Shown here: piece by piece, positions 50,101 through 59,438 of the stretch
How positions within the stretch are numbered: position 1 is the stretch's first letter
Layout: each line of letters starts with the position of its first letter
NCBI RefSeq assembly: GCF_003018115.1
Contig: NZ_CP027457.1
Source: Escherichia coli
GTDB lineage: Bacteria > Pseudomonadota > Gammaproteobacteria > Enterobacterales > Enterobacteriaceae
Strand: one strand, 5' to 3'
DNA length: 64,000 nt
The notes under the pieces: model-generated
Database searches by the model: none
What the model was told of the DNA's origin: nothing
The model's input: the letters and a program-made list of their open reading frames with translations, nothing else
Program-made: the position numbers and the translations under genes

Positions 50101-50285
50101 GCCACGACGAGGTACTGGCGACCCGCATAGATACGACGATTCGCTATACCAAAAGGGCAGAGTGGATTGGCGATCGTTTTAAAGAACGGGAAATTGCCAA
50201 CGCATTACGTGAAGAGACCGCCAGCTATAATATTGATATTGATGAGGTGATAGCGCTTGCCCGTCAGCAGAAGGAATATCACTGA
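47190..50285 (+). CDS. hsdR: type I R-M restriction endonuclease/translocase subunit
   Basis: 1031 aa from TTG 47190 with AAGGAG RBS; PD-(D/E)xK region then SF2 helicase motifs (TQGSGKS, DECHRTQ). Confidence 0.9.
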   Translation: MSTVGQRERATQQRLIQFFVEDLGYRHLSHRTGYTGNSNIDTNILSAWLKRRGVNDTLITRALRQLDSAAALGEGKKLYYANKEVYRLLRYGVKDKEGAGEQNQTVWLIDWANPQANDFAIADEVTVKGEYCKRPDLVLYVNGIALGVIELKRSSVHVSEGIRQNLDNQKKTFIRDFFTTMQLVMAGNDTQGLRYGTIETPEKYYLEWKEDNPGDYTHKLDFHLSRLCSKSRLLDIVHNYIAFDVGVKKLCRHNQFFGVEAAKQHIARREGGIIWHTQGSGKSLTMVWLAKWIRENVPNSRVLIVTDRTELDEQIESVFMGVNEDIYRTSSGNDLIATLNHPNPWLICSLVHKFGRRSEAEDNAATDAFITELQQSLTKTFRAKGDLFVFVDECHRTQSGKLHNAMTAILPDALFIGFTGTPLMKKDKKKSVEVFGPYIHTYKFDEAVADGVVLDLRYEARDIDQYLTSEKKVDDWFEAKTRGLSNLARTQLKQKWGSMQKLLSSKSRLEQIVNDILLDMDTRPRLMDGRGNAMLVCSSIYQACKVYEMFSQTELAGKVAIVTSYRPDAASIKGEETGEGLTEKLSKHATYRKMLADYFEQSEEKAAARITEFEREVKQRFIEEPGQMRLLIVVDKLLTGFDAPSATYLYIDKTMTDHTLFQAICRVNRLDGEDKEYGYIIDYKDLFRSLDKAITDYTTGAFDDYDRDDVAGLLKDRLEQAQLDLDSALEMVRSLCEPVKTPRSLQDYQHYFCGESGENQTSLNEKEALRLTFYQCVARLLRAYASIANEMPEAGYTAEEVESIRAEVAEFEKLRYEIKLTSGDLLDMKRFEPAMRHLLDMYVRADDSEVLMDFEELSLIELIVEKGLAATVALPDDIRNNQDAMAETIENNVRKTIVDENPVNPKYYGRMSQLLDELITLRRQNALNYQQYLERIRDLCKQVIRPEQTAGACYPATMDTQAKRAFYDNFGHDEVLATRIDTTIRYTKRAEWIGDRFKEREIANALREETASYNIDIDEVIALARQQKEYH

Positions 50286-51001
50286 TGCCAATCATGCAAA
50301 TAGGCTCGTTACACTTGCTGGTCAACCGTAAGGCGATTAAGAATCTGCATATCAGCGTGCTGCCGCCTGATGGCAAAGTCCGCGTTTCAGCGCCGGAACA
50401 TATGACGGAGACGGCGATTCGTATGGCGGTTGCTTCACGCTTTCGCTGGATCAGAAAACAGCAGCAGGATTTCGCCAGACAGCCTCGTCAATCAGAGAGG
50501 GAAATGGTCAGCGGAGAGTGCCACTATCTTTGGGGCCGAAGATATCGCCTACTTGTGATTGAGCGTCACGGGCGTCACGAAGTAAAAGTTGCGGGAAATA
50601 ATAAGCTCCAGCTTTATGTTCAACCGGGAACCCGTGATGAAAATAAGGCATTGGCGTTAAGTGAATTTTATCGACATGAACTAAAACAGCAGGTGGCTAA
50701 GCTTCTACCTGAATGGCAGGACCGAATCGGTGTTCCCCTAACATTCTGGGGCATCAAAAAGATGAAAACCTTTTGGGGCACCTGTAACACTACAACAAAA
50801 CGAATCTGGCTCAATCTGGAGCTAATTAAGAAGCCGCCGGAGTGTCTGGAGTATATTCTGGTGCATGAACTGGTTCATCTTCTGGAACGTCACCATAATG
50901 CTCGCTTCCGGTTGCATATGGATCGGTTTATTCCTGACTGGCGTGAGCGTCGGGATTTGTTAAATAATATGCCGTTAGCGTTTGAGGCATGGGAGTATTG
51001 A
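50285..51001 (+). CDS. YgjP-like (DUF45/M48-type) zinc metallopeptidase
   Basis: 238 aa; HExxH in HELVHLLERHH; ATG overlaps hsdR stop (TGATG). Confidence 0.75.
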   Translation: MPIMQIGSLHLLVNRKAIKNLHISVLPPDGKVRVSAPEHMTETAIRMAVASRFRWIRKQQQDFARQPRQSEREMVSGECHYLWGRRYRLLVIERHGRHEVKVAGNNKLQLYVQPGTRDENKALALSEFYRHELKQQVAKLLPEWQDRIGVPLTFWGIKKMKTFWGTCNTTTKRIWLNLELIKKPPECLEYILVHELVHLLERHHNARFRLHMDRFIPDWRERRDLLNNMPLAFEAWEY

Positions 51002-51103
51002 TTGAGCCTGTAACTGTTTTTTGTCCATAAATTAACCTTCATTTGATGCTGGATTGAACATATCAAAATCAGACAATTACACAAATCTATGTACAGGCTC
51101 AAC

Positions 51104-51168
51104 TCCTGCCATGGAACGTAGTACTCACCAATAAGTAAGCATCAATACGGCGCTCCGTTAACGCTTAC
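51104..51168 (+). mobile_element. IS66-family right-end fragment
   Basis: About 65 bp near-identical to the last 65 bp of the complete IS66 copy (53833-53897), including end of tnpC coding sequence and terminal repeat, same orientation. Confidence 0.5.
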
Positions 51169-51452
51169 TAGCATGGTTATCTCCTTAAAAAATTGAGGCG
51201 ACAACTATGCTGACACAGGGGGTTACTCACCGATCTCCTTCACGGTAATACGCAGTTCTTCAGAACCCGCCTCCGATACCAGCCTGGCGGTCGCCCCGGC
51301 GCAACAGAATAAATCAACCATCGTCAGACTGCGATCATTCGTAATGTTCCGGGGACCTCATCTTCAGTAAGCGTAAACTGACCGCCGTATGTAGCCATTA
51401 AGCCAGTATTGGTAACGTAGGTGCCCACCTTTTCAACTAGTGGACACCTGTT

Positions 51453-51878
51453 ATGGAACAGAAAATATTATCCTCAGAACCCCGCAGATCATTTTCAAAT
51501 GAGTTTAAACTTCAAATGGTTAAACTGGCTTCACAACCAGGAGCCTCTGTTGCCCGTATTGCCCGGGAACACGATATCAATGATAACCTCCTGTTCAAAT
51601 GGCTCAGGCTCTGGCAGAACGAAGGGCGTATATCGCGGCGTCTTCCGGTAACAATCTCTTCTGGCGCTGGCGTTGAATTATTACCTGTTGAGATAACGCC
51701 TGATGAGCAGAAAGAGCCTATGGCGGCTCTTACTCCGCTTTTATCCACTCCTTCACAAAGCACAGTCAGTGCCAGTTCCTGTAAAGTTGAGTTCCGCCAC
51801 GGTAACATGACGCTGGAAAATCCTTCACCAGAGCTGCTCACGGTGTTGATCCGTGAACTGACCGGGAGGGGACGATGA
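51453..51878 (+). CDS. IS66 accessory protein TnpA (orf1)
   Basis: 141 aa (MEQKILSSEPRRSFSNEFKLQMVKLA...). Confidence 0.8.
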   Translation: MEQKILSSEPRRSFSNEFKLQMVKLASQPGASVARIAREHDINDNLLFKWLRLWQNEGRISRRLPVTISSGAGVELLPVEITPDEQKEPMAALTPLLSTPSQSTVSASSCKVEFRHGNMTLENPSPELLTVLIRELTGRGR

Positions 51879-52225
51879 TCTCGCTCCCATCAGGTACCCG
51901 TATCTGGCTCGTTGCCGGCGTTACCGATATGCGTAAATCCTTCAACGGACTGGGAGAACAGGTACAACATGTGCTGAATGATAATCCCTTCTCCGGTCAC
52001 CTGTTTATCTTCCGTGGCCGACGGGGTGACACCGTCAAAATTCTTTGGGCTGATGCTGATGGTCTGTGCCTGTTCACCAAACGCCTGGAGGAAGGCCAGT
52101 TTATCTGGCCTGCGGTACGTGACGGCAAGGTATCCATTACCCGCTCGCAACTGGCAATGCTCCTCGATAAGCTGGACTGGCGTCAGCCAAAAACATCCAG
52201 CCGTAACTCACTGACAATGTTGTAA
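51875..52225 (+). CDS. IS66 accessory protein TnpB (orf2)
   Basis: 116 aa, ATGA overlap with tnpA. Confidence 0.85.
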   Translation: MISLPSGTRIWLVAGVTDMRKSFNGLGEQVQHVLNDNPFSGHLFIFRGRRGDTVKILWADADGLCLFTKRLEEGQFIWPAVRDGKVSITRSQLAMLLDKLDWRQPKTSSRNSLTML

Positions 52226-52255
52226 AAAACTCCTGACCGCATTATAAAAACGGTC

Positions 52256-53869
52256 ATGAGTCAGAAATACCTCATTCGCATCGCAGAGCTGGAAAGATTG
52301 CTCTCTGAGCAGGCTGAAGCCCTCCGTCAGAAAGACCAGCAACTGAGTCTGGTTGAAGAGACGGAAGCCTTCCTGCGCTCTGCACTGACACGTGCCGAAG
52401 AAAAGATCGAAGAAGATGAACGGGAAATAGAACATCTGCGGGCTCAGATAGAAAAACTGCGCCGGATGCTGTTCGGTACCCGTTCTGAAAAACTGCGTCG
52501 TGAAGTTGAACTGGCTGAGGCTCTGCTGAAACAACGTGAACAGGACAGCGATCGTTACAGTGGGCGGGAAGACGATCCTCAGGTTCCCCGCCAGTTGCGA
52601 CAGTCGCGCCATCGTCGTCCGTTACCGGCACACCTTCCCCGTGAAATACACCGCCTGGAGCCAGAAGAAAGCTGTTGCCCGGAGTGTGGCGGTGAACTGG
52701 ATTATCTGGGGGAAGTCAGCGCTGAACAGCTGGAACTGGTGAGCAGTGCCCTGAAAGTGATCCGCACAGAACGGGTAAAAAAAGCCTGTACAAAATGTGA
52801 CTGTATTGTTGAAGCACCGGCGCCGTCCCGCCCGATAGAGCGTGGTATCGCGGGCCCCGGATTACTTGCCCGCGTGTTAACGGGAAAATACTGCGAACAT
52901 CTGCCACTGTATCGTCAGAGTGAAATCTTTGCCCGCCAGGGTGTCGAACTGAGCCGGGCCTTACTCTCCAACTGGGTTGACGCGTGCTGCCAGTTAATGA
53001 CACCGGTGAATGATACCCTGTACCGTTATGTAATGAACACCCGCAAGGTTCACACTGATGACACACCGGTAAAGGTACTGGCACCGGGTCAGAAAAAGGC
53101 GAAAACAGGGCGTATCTGGACGTATGTCCGGGATGATCGCAATGTGGGTTCGTCATCTCCTCCAGCGGTCTGGTTCGCGTACTCGCCGAACCGGCAGGGG
53201 AAACACCCGGAGCAACACCTCCGCCCCTTCCGGGGTATCCTGCAGGCGGATGCGTTCACAGGTTACGACAGGTTGTTCAGTGCAGAACGTGAAGGTGGTG
53301 CACTGACAGAAGTTGCGTGCTGGGCCCATGCCCGGCGAAAAATCCACGATGTATACATCAGCAGCAAAAGTGCGACGGCAGAAGAAGCCCTGAAGCGAAT
53401 CAGTGAACTGTACGCCATCGAGGATGAAATACGGGGATTACCGGAGTCAGAGCGTCTTGCCGTCAGGCAGCAGCGAAGCAAAGTGTTACTGACGTCGCTG
53501 CATGAATGGATGGTGGAGAAGAATGGTACGCTGTCGAAAAAATCCAGACTGGGCGAAGCGTTCAGCTATGTACTGAATCAGTGGGATGCCCTCTGTTATT
53601 ACAGTGATGACGGTCTGGCGGAGGCGGATAATAATGCTGCGGAAAGAGCGCTTCGTGCAGTCTGTCTCGGAAAGAAAAACTTTATGTTCTTTGGCAGCGA
53701 TCACGGCGGCGAGCGTGGAGCACTGTTGTACGGGCTGATCGGCACCTGCCGTCTGAACGGTATCGATCCGGAAGCGTATCTGCGCCATATCCTGAGCGTA
53801 CTGCCGGAATGGCCTTCCAACCGAGTTGATGAACTCCTGCCATGGAACGTAGTACTCACCAATAAATAA
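52256..53869 (+). CDS. IS66-family transposase TnpC
   Basis: 537 aa with N-terminal coiled coil, CxxC zinc motif (CPECGG) and DDE core. Confidence 0.9.
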   Translation: MSQKYLIRIAELERLLSEQAEALRQKDQQLSLVEETEAFLRSALTRAEEKIEEDEREIEHLRAQIEKLRRMLFGTRSEKLRREVELAEALLKQREQDSDRYSGREDDPQVPRQLRQSRHRRPLPAHLPREIHRLEPEESCCPECGGELDYLGEVSAEQLELVSSALKVIRTERVKKACTKCDCIVEAPAPSRPIERGIAGPGLLARVLTGKYCEHLPLYRQSEIFARQGVELSRALLSNWVDACCQLMTPVNDTLYRYVMNTRKVHTDDTPVKVLAPGQKKAKTGRIWTYVRDDRNVGSSSPPAVWFAYSPNRQGKHPEQHLRPFRGILQADAFTGYDRLFSAEREGGALTEVACWAHARRKIHDVYISSKSATAEEALKRISELYAIEDEIRGLPESERLAVRQQRSKVLLTSLHEWMVEKNGTLSKKSRLGEAFSYVLNQWDALCYYSDDGLAEADNNAAERALRAVCLGKKNFMFFGSDHGGERGALLYGLIGTCRLNGIDPEAYLRHILSVLPEWPSNRVDELLPWNVVLTNK

Positions 53870-53909
53870 GCGTCAATACGGTGCTCCGTTGACGCTTACA
53901 GCTTTCCCA

Positions 53910-54284
53910 CTATTTCTTGATTCCTAAACGGAACATATCAGTTGGGAATAAAGGTTGTATTATCACTTCATCATTAAAAATGAATAATTTGGGCGATAAA
54001 GCTGTTACGTCATAGATATTTTCAGCGATTAATCTTAGATTTGACCTAAAAACTGGAATACTTGCATCATCTGCAAAGACAAACATGTCATCGTTTTTTA
54101 CAGAGTTTGCACACAATAGCTCATCAAAACTCTCATAATCAGAATGCCAGATCTCTGACCAAGTAACACTTCCTTTCGCGAGAGGGTACTTATTTAAAAT
54201 GCCCAGAGCCTCCTGCTGAGCCAGCCCCTCTACTATATTAAAATCAGCACTCAGTGCTTCCCGACACTCATCAAATAAAGTCAT
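53910..54284 (-). CDS. putative immunity protein of orphan toxin module
   Basis: 124 aa acidic protein immediately downstream of the orphan CdiA-CT. Confidence 0.5.
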   Translation of the reverse strand: MTLFDECREALSADFNIVEGLAQQEALGILNKYPLAKGSVTWSEIWHSDYESFDELLCANSVKNDDMFVFADDASIPVFRSNLRLIAENIYDVTALSPKLFIFNDEVIIQPLFPTDMFRLGIKK

Positions 54285-54289
54285 TTGCT

Positions 54290-55700
54290 CTACCTGTTTA
54301 GCTGTTTCAATATTGTTTCAAAAGACTTTTCATTGCCTTCAAAAGGTATGACTTGCTTCACCGCTTTTCCAGGGCCTTTACCCTGCGAGTAATCCCATAT
54401 ATTGATGTGTGTGCCTTTTTCAGGATCATAATCAACACGCCAACCAACTTTTCCGTCGCTGGATTGCCGCCCTATGACTTTCCCATTACCAGCGCTGACT
54501 TCCAAACGTCCGATAACTGGCTTAGAGTCCGCTCCTAAATTACCTACAAGATCCAATGCCTTGTTTCGAGCAGTTTCCCAGTTTTTCTCTGGCTTGAGGA
54601 TTTGTTCAATTTTAGGCTGGGAATTCCCTTTAACCTTACTAATTCCCCCAAATGCTGACGCCGCAGCGCTCGCGACTATTCCCGCCTGAACTTCATCCAA
54701 ACCGTATTCTTCTTGGAGTGCTTCCGAGACTTTGTTGGTCGCGACAACCCCTTCAGCCTGCATTTGCTGCGCAAAAGTCGCCGTCAGATCGTAGACCATT
54801 TTGATCGGGATATCTTCACCCAGAGCACGATCTATTGCCTGCTTCACCGCCAGACTGTCAGTCAGTACATCACCGTATTTCTGCTGGCAGGTTGCCGGGC
54901 TGGCTGCACAGTCACTGATCAGTTGCTTTTGCTGTGCCGTACTCAACTCTTCGTACTTTTTGATAATACCGCCGCAGTCACCGCCTTTCGCCTGACAGGA
55001 CTTCATTTCAGCGGACCAAGCATCTATCTGCTTACTGCTCAGATAGTTATTCTCAACAGCATTCTTCCCGCTTTGTGCTCCCACTGCTGCTGATGCGGTG
55101 CTGTTTCCGGTAAGACCTCCGGCCAGCCCTGCTGACACGGTTGCCAGCGTACTTATCGTTTGCTTCTGCTCTTCACTGAGGTCTGACTGTTTCACGCCCG
55201 GATACAGCATGCCGGCAATCGCTCTGACTGCCAGCTCTCCCGTTGCTGCGCCTGCTGCACCGGCAGCAACATTATTACCCTGCATTGCCGCCACTGCGCC
55301 GCCCAAAATGGCGTGAGCAATGGCGTTTACTGCCGGGTCTTTTTCTGTTGATTTCAGCAGGTGCGCCAGTTCCGGAGCCGAAGTTCCGGCCAGAGCACCC
55401 GCTAAATTACCCCCCGCCAGCCCCTGAAGCGCGGCCTGGATACCCCGCTGAATTTCACTGCCGGTACCATACTTCGCCATTTCATCCCTGTAAGCCTGCG
55501 TGTCACGCAGTTTTGCCAGATATGCCTGCCGCTGCTCTTCCGTCGCATCCGCCGGAACAGGCCCATATTTATCCTGCGCAGCCTTCAACGCATTCAGTTC
55601 CCCCTGCGTCCGCGCAATATCAGCCACCTGACTGCCTATGTCACTGATAAGCCCCACTGTCTGCAGACGCTGCTGCTCTTTTTCCTTGTCAAAGATGGAA
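54290..55700 (-). other. orphan cdiA-CT fragment (pre-VENN region plus toxin domain), no start codon of its own
   Basis: VENN motif ([13 protein letters not shown]) about 200 aa into track ORF 54290-55657; frame open to about 55736; upstream part homologous to cdiA pre-VENN sequence. Confidence 0.65.
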
Positions 55701-55742
55701 AAGCAAAAAAACCAGCCAACTGAACTAGCTGGTAGTTAAAGT

Positions 55743-56006
55743 CTATTTGATTTTGCTTAAAATATTATTGACTATCGGTATTACAGAACTAACCAATTGC
55801 TCTTCCTCAACTGTATACAAAAGCAATTCGATCTCATTCTCCGCATTAAATAACATTGTATGGAGCCACTTTTCCTCAACAGCAACAATTTGGCTTTCCG
55901 CAGCATAAATTTCTGATTGAATACTTTGTACCGTTATTTTCCCTTCAAGAAAGTTTTTACAAGAGTGTTGTAACCTCTCGATCACCTCAGGATAAATCCA
56001 ACTCAT
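55743..56006 (-). CDS. putative immunity protein
   Basis: 87 aa; ATGA overlap with upstream toxin-like ORF. Confidence 0.45.
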   Translation of the reverse strand: MSWIYPEVIERLQHSCKNFLEGKITVQSIQSEIYAAESQIVAVEEKWLHTMLFNAENEIELLLYTVEEEQLVSSVIPIVNNILSKIK

Positions 56007-56719
56007 TGCCCACTCCTGCGAAGAATAGTAACAATAATATTACTGTTATTTTCAGTGACTACACCTACGTCACCACTCCAATAAGTCGTTCTAGTTACGC
56101 CATTAACGACACTATTTTGAGGAGTTCCTTCTTTGATAACACTTTCAACCATATTCGGCGTTATATTTCTCCCTGGGCCAACTGTGCCGGCTGGAGAACC
56201 AGATGGCTGCATTCTATCAACAGCATGTTGTGAATACAAACGATGACCTATTTGTGCATATTGTCGCCCATCTACTGTAACCTTTCGATAATTTTGCCAA
56301 GAGTCCCAAGGTAACTTTTCAGAACTATTAGGTACGTTTTCTGATGAGGTTTTCTCATTACGTTGCTCTATTGATTCATTATTCCTGGCGTTCTCCTCAT
56401 CCTGCGGCTCCCATCCCCCCGGTGTTCCAGCACCTGCGCCACCAAGCTCAGCTTTCTCCTTGTCCGTAGCGCTCGCTACGTCTTTGCCCAGATTCGGCTG
56501 TTTGTTTTCGTCTGTATTGTCGCCATTCAGCACATACCCCGGCCCCCGGGCACCATCGCGACTCGGATCACGTACAGCACACTGTTCCCGTGAGCCTTCA
56601 CAACCACCACCGGTATCCCAGCTATTATCATTCCCGGTATCCTTACTGGCATTACCTGTAGCACCAGCTATTGCTGCTGCCGTATTAGCTGCTGTTTCAG
56701 TGGCTATCACGTTCAGCAT
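56003..56719 (-). CDS. putative orphan polymorphic-toxin C-terminal module (no VENN recognised)
   Basis: 238 aa; low-complexity N-terminal half and compact C-terminal domain (VDGRQYAQIGHRLYSQHAVDRM...). Confidence 0.4.
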   Translation of the reverse strand: MLNVIATETAANTAAAIAGATGNASKDTGNDNSWDTGGGCEGSREQCAVRDPSRDGARGPGYVLNGDNTDENKQPNLGKDVASATDKEKAELGGAGAGTPGGWEPQDEENARNNESIEQRNEKTSSENVPNSSEKLPWDSWQNYRKVTVDGRQYAQIGHRLYSQHAVDRMQPSGSPAGTVGPGRNITPNMVESVIKEGTPQNSVVNGVTRTTYWSGDVGVVTENNSNIIVTILRRSGQ

Positions 56720-56736
56720 ATTGTTTTCAGCAACAA

Positions 56737-56955
56737 CTATTTACGATAGTATCTTCGCATTTGTAGATAGAGTTGTAACCAAATCCCAGCACCTCCCCAT
56801 AAGCCAACTACTGCGCCAATTATTCCGTATTTTACATACACCTCAGAAGGTATTGGTTCCCGAGCTATAAGCCAGATACTAACCACTATTCCAATAGAGC
56901 AAGTAGCTATAGATATAAGTAACAACTTAATAAGAAGTAGTAGATGTTTTTTCAT
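56737..56955 (-). CDS. small inner-membrane immunity protein
   Basis: 72 aa, two hydrophobic helices; start overlaps upstream toxin stop. Confidence 0.55.
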   Translation of the reverse strand: MKKHLLLLIKLLLISIATCSIGIVVSIWLIAREPIPSEVYVKYGIIGAVVGLWGGAGIWLQLYLQMRRYYRK

Positions 56956-57870
56956 TTTTTGTCTCCATCAACTTCTTTTTGCGTTGCGCTGCTTGCACCT
57001 TCTGATACGAATGAACCAACAAATCCACCAAATGTTCCTGGTATAGAGCTCATTTGGCCGCCTTGATACATACCGTATCCGATAGACTTTTCCGAATATT
57101 GCAGTGAATATTTACTGGCGTCCATTCCCAGTTGATTTTTGATGTATTGAGCTTCTAACTTATTAGTAATTGAAGCCCCAATGTTATAGCCAAGGCCTGT
57201 ACCAGCCATGCTACCCACTACTGATGCGGTACTGTCCTGGCCTTCAATCTGGCTGCTCATGTAAGCGCTACCGGCACCCAACAACTGATTAGCGTAATAT
57301 CCTTTCCCGGCTGTACCTACACCAGTCAAGCCTGACATCATGAAACTGAGATAATCGAACTTATCACCGATATTTCCCGTACCAATTTGTACCGCACCAT
57401 TAGCCCCATAGCTCAGCCCGGCACTGACAAATTTTTCAGTCAGCGTGGCTGATGATGTTAACAATGAACCCGCTCCGGCAACCGTACCCCAGTAATTTTC
57501 CGGTTCCCCGAAGAAAGCCAGAGCCTTATCACCTTTCGATGTGTTGTTGTTCAGATAGTTCAGGTCATAGCTGTTACTTTCAGTGACGTAGTTCTTCACG
57601 TCCTGGTTTTCCAGCGAACCATACAACCAGCCAGGCCGACCTGCCGCGCTGAGTCCGCCCTCAATATTCCATTTATCTTCCCCGGACAGAGCCGTCAGAG
57701 GATCTGTGGCCACATCAATGTGTAATTTCTGTCGGTGCTCTGCGCTTATTACAGCATATTTATTCTGAATATCGCCGCAGTCTCCACCCACTTTACGACA
57801 GGCCGTCATTTCTCTGTCAAAAGCATGCGCCTCGTCGTAGCTGAGGTAGTTATTCTCAACAACAACTCTT
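56952..57870 (-). other. orphan cdiA-CT, glycine-zipper membrane toxin (EC93-type ionophore-like)
   Basis: Frame upstream of track ORF 56952-57809 reads ...SERVVVENNYLSYDEAHAFDREMTACRK... (VENN at about 57850); C-terminal domain rich in GxxxG motifs. Confidence 0.6.
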
Positions 57871-57960
57871 TCCGACGTAAGTTGCTGCGATGAACCCTAT
57901 TTTCTCCTTGCCTTTCCGTGAATTACAACCGTTTTCCCCTGCTGTACTTCCTGCCTGCCA
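57840..57960. repeat. repeated linker (VENN-encoding segment plus upstream about 90 bp), copy A
   Basis: Near-identical to 59207-59325 (…gagttattctcaacaacaactctttccgac[g/a]taagttgctgcgatgaaccc…). Confidence 0.5.
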
Positions 57961-58173
57961 ACTTTTTGCCCCGACGCGCCTTTTTCGTCTGAACACGCTA
58001 CCGCCCCGGTGAAAAGTCCACCGAGTAAATAGCCTGCGGCTATTTAACATAACGCGCGGGAATTATGCGCAGTTCAGGAGGCCGAACCACGCATAATCAG
58101 CGTTATGTCTTGCGCCCTTCAGAAGCCTGCGATAGTGCAGGCTGACAGTCAGGAGACCCAGACGGTTAAGATA

Positions 58174-58467
58174 TTAACTGTCGGGCTCTCCTTTTTTATT
58201 ATTTTTATAATCAATCATCAAGTTATTCACCTCATTCCATAGTTGCTCATCGTTAAATTCGTATTCTTCACGATCATTATCTGGGTTGTACATATCAGCC
58301 ACACAGAAGACACTGGATAATAATTCACTTAGATTATCATTATCTTGCTTAAGTAGGTTACTATCACGCTCACCCTTCCACTTCGCCATATAAGTGTCGG
58401 TAAAATATTCAGCCGATATATTCTTAGCAAGAAAATCATCAATGTATTTTTTAAGAGACTGACTCAT
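58174..58467 (-). CDS. putative immunity protein
   Basis: 97 aa acidic protein; start overlaps upstream orphan toxin stop. Confidence 0.5.
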   Translation of the reverse strand: MSQSLKKYIDDFLAKNISAEYFTDTYMAKWKGERDSNLLKQDNDNLSELLSSVFCVADMYNPDNDREEYEFNDEQLWNEVNNLMIDYKNNKKGEPDS

Positions 58468-59237
58468 CTTAATGTCCCGTTATTTATGAAGTTTTCATAT
58501 TGCTTCGTTTGAGGATCAAGCTTCCACCCACTAACAAAATTACCAGATTTATCAATTACAACCACATTATTAGTTTGTGGATTGAAGAACACCTTTGATT
58601 CTGGAATTAATAGGTATGTCCCATGTTCATAAGTCGTCTTATTATCTAAATGTGATTTGATGGCAGCCTGATATTCTGCAATGGTATCACTATTTTTCTT
58701 AGTTGTTATTACGCCAAAATCAGAAGCATGTTTAAATTTCTTATCTAACTGTTTTGCGCTGAAAGCGACACTATCAGAGACGATTGTAGCTCCAGCATTT
58801 GGAATTTTCTTCCCTGGAAGTATAAGGCTAGCCAGTATTCCGCCAGTTGCTTCCAGCGCAGCCTGGTTCCCTCCATACGCTTGTTTCACATTCTCTGCTA
58901 CTGCTGACCAGGTTTCACTTTGCATCAGCGCTTTAACGCTGTCTGCCACTGCCTGATTTTTACCCGCCAAATCACTCAGTGCTTTATCACAATAGCTTTC
59001 GCCGGTTGCACATGAGGCGAGCGCCATTGCCGCATCACCCACATAATCGGCTGAGCCTATTGCCGTATCACCGGAGTCAGCGATGACATTAATAATGCCG
59101 TTGGCAATAGCCGATGAGGCTCCGTCTCCCAGCTTATCCCTGACCTGTGTTTTCCACCATTCAGCACTTTGTTTGACCGATTCCCTGGCCTTATCACCCG
59201 CCAGCGAGTTATTCTCAACAACAACTCTTTCCGACAT
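58464..59237 (-). CDS. orphan cdiA-CT with its own ATG just upstream of VENN
   Basis: 257 aa starting MSERVVVENNSLAG; compact C-terminal domain. Confidence 0.6.
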   Translation of the reverse strand: MSERVVVENNSLAGDKARESVKQSAEWWKTQVRDKLGDGASSAIANGIINVIADSGDTAIGSADYVGDAAMALASCATGESYCDKALSDLAGKNQAVADSVKALMQSETWSAVAENVKQAYGGNQAALEATGGILASLILPGKKIPNAGATIVSDSVAFSAKQLDKKFKHASDFGVITTKKNSDTIAEYQAAIKSHLDNKTTYEHGTYLLIPESKVFFNPQTNNVVVIDKSGNFVSGWKLDPQTKQYENFINNGTLR

Positions 59238-59325
59238 AAGTTGCTGCGATGAACCCGGATTCTCCCTGCATTTTCCGTTAGTTACAGCCGATTTTCCCTG
59301 TTGTACTTCCTGCCCGCCAACTTTT
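59207..59325. repeat. repeated linker, copy B
   Basis: See copy A at 57840-57960. Confidence 0.5.
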
Positions 59326-59438
59326 TGTGCTGTTAAGCGTTTCTGGCCCCGCAGACGCTACCGCCCCGCCGTGACGCGCCACCATCATATAAGCAAACTA
59401 CAGCACCACTTAGGATGGTGGTGTCTTGGATTTATATT

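Larger units (their letters stand above)
51367..53897 (+). mobile_element. IS66-family insertion sequence (ISEc8-like)
   Basis: Three-gene tnpA-tnpB-tnpC arrangement bounded by imperfect inverted repeats GTAAGCGTAAACTGACCGCCGTATG (left) and reverse complement GTAAGCGTCAACGGAGCACCGTATTG (right). Confidence 0.8.
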
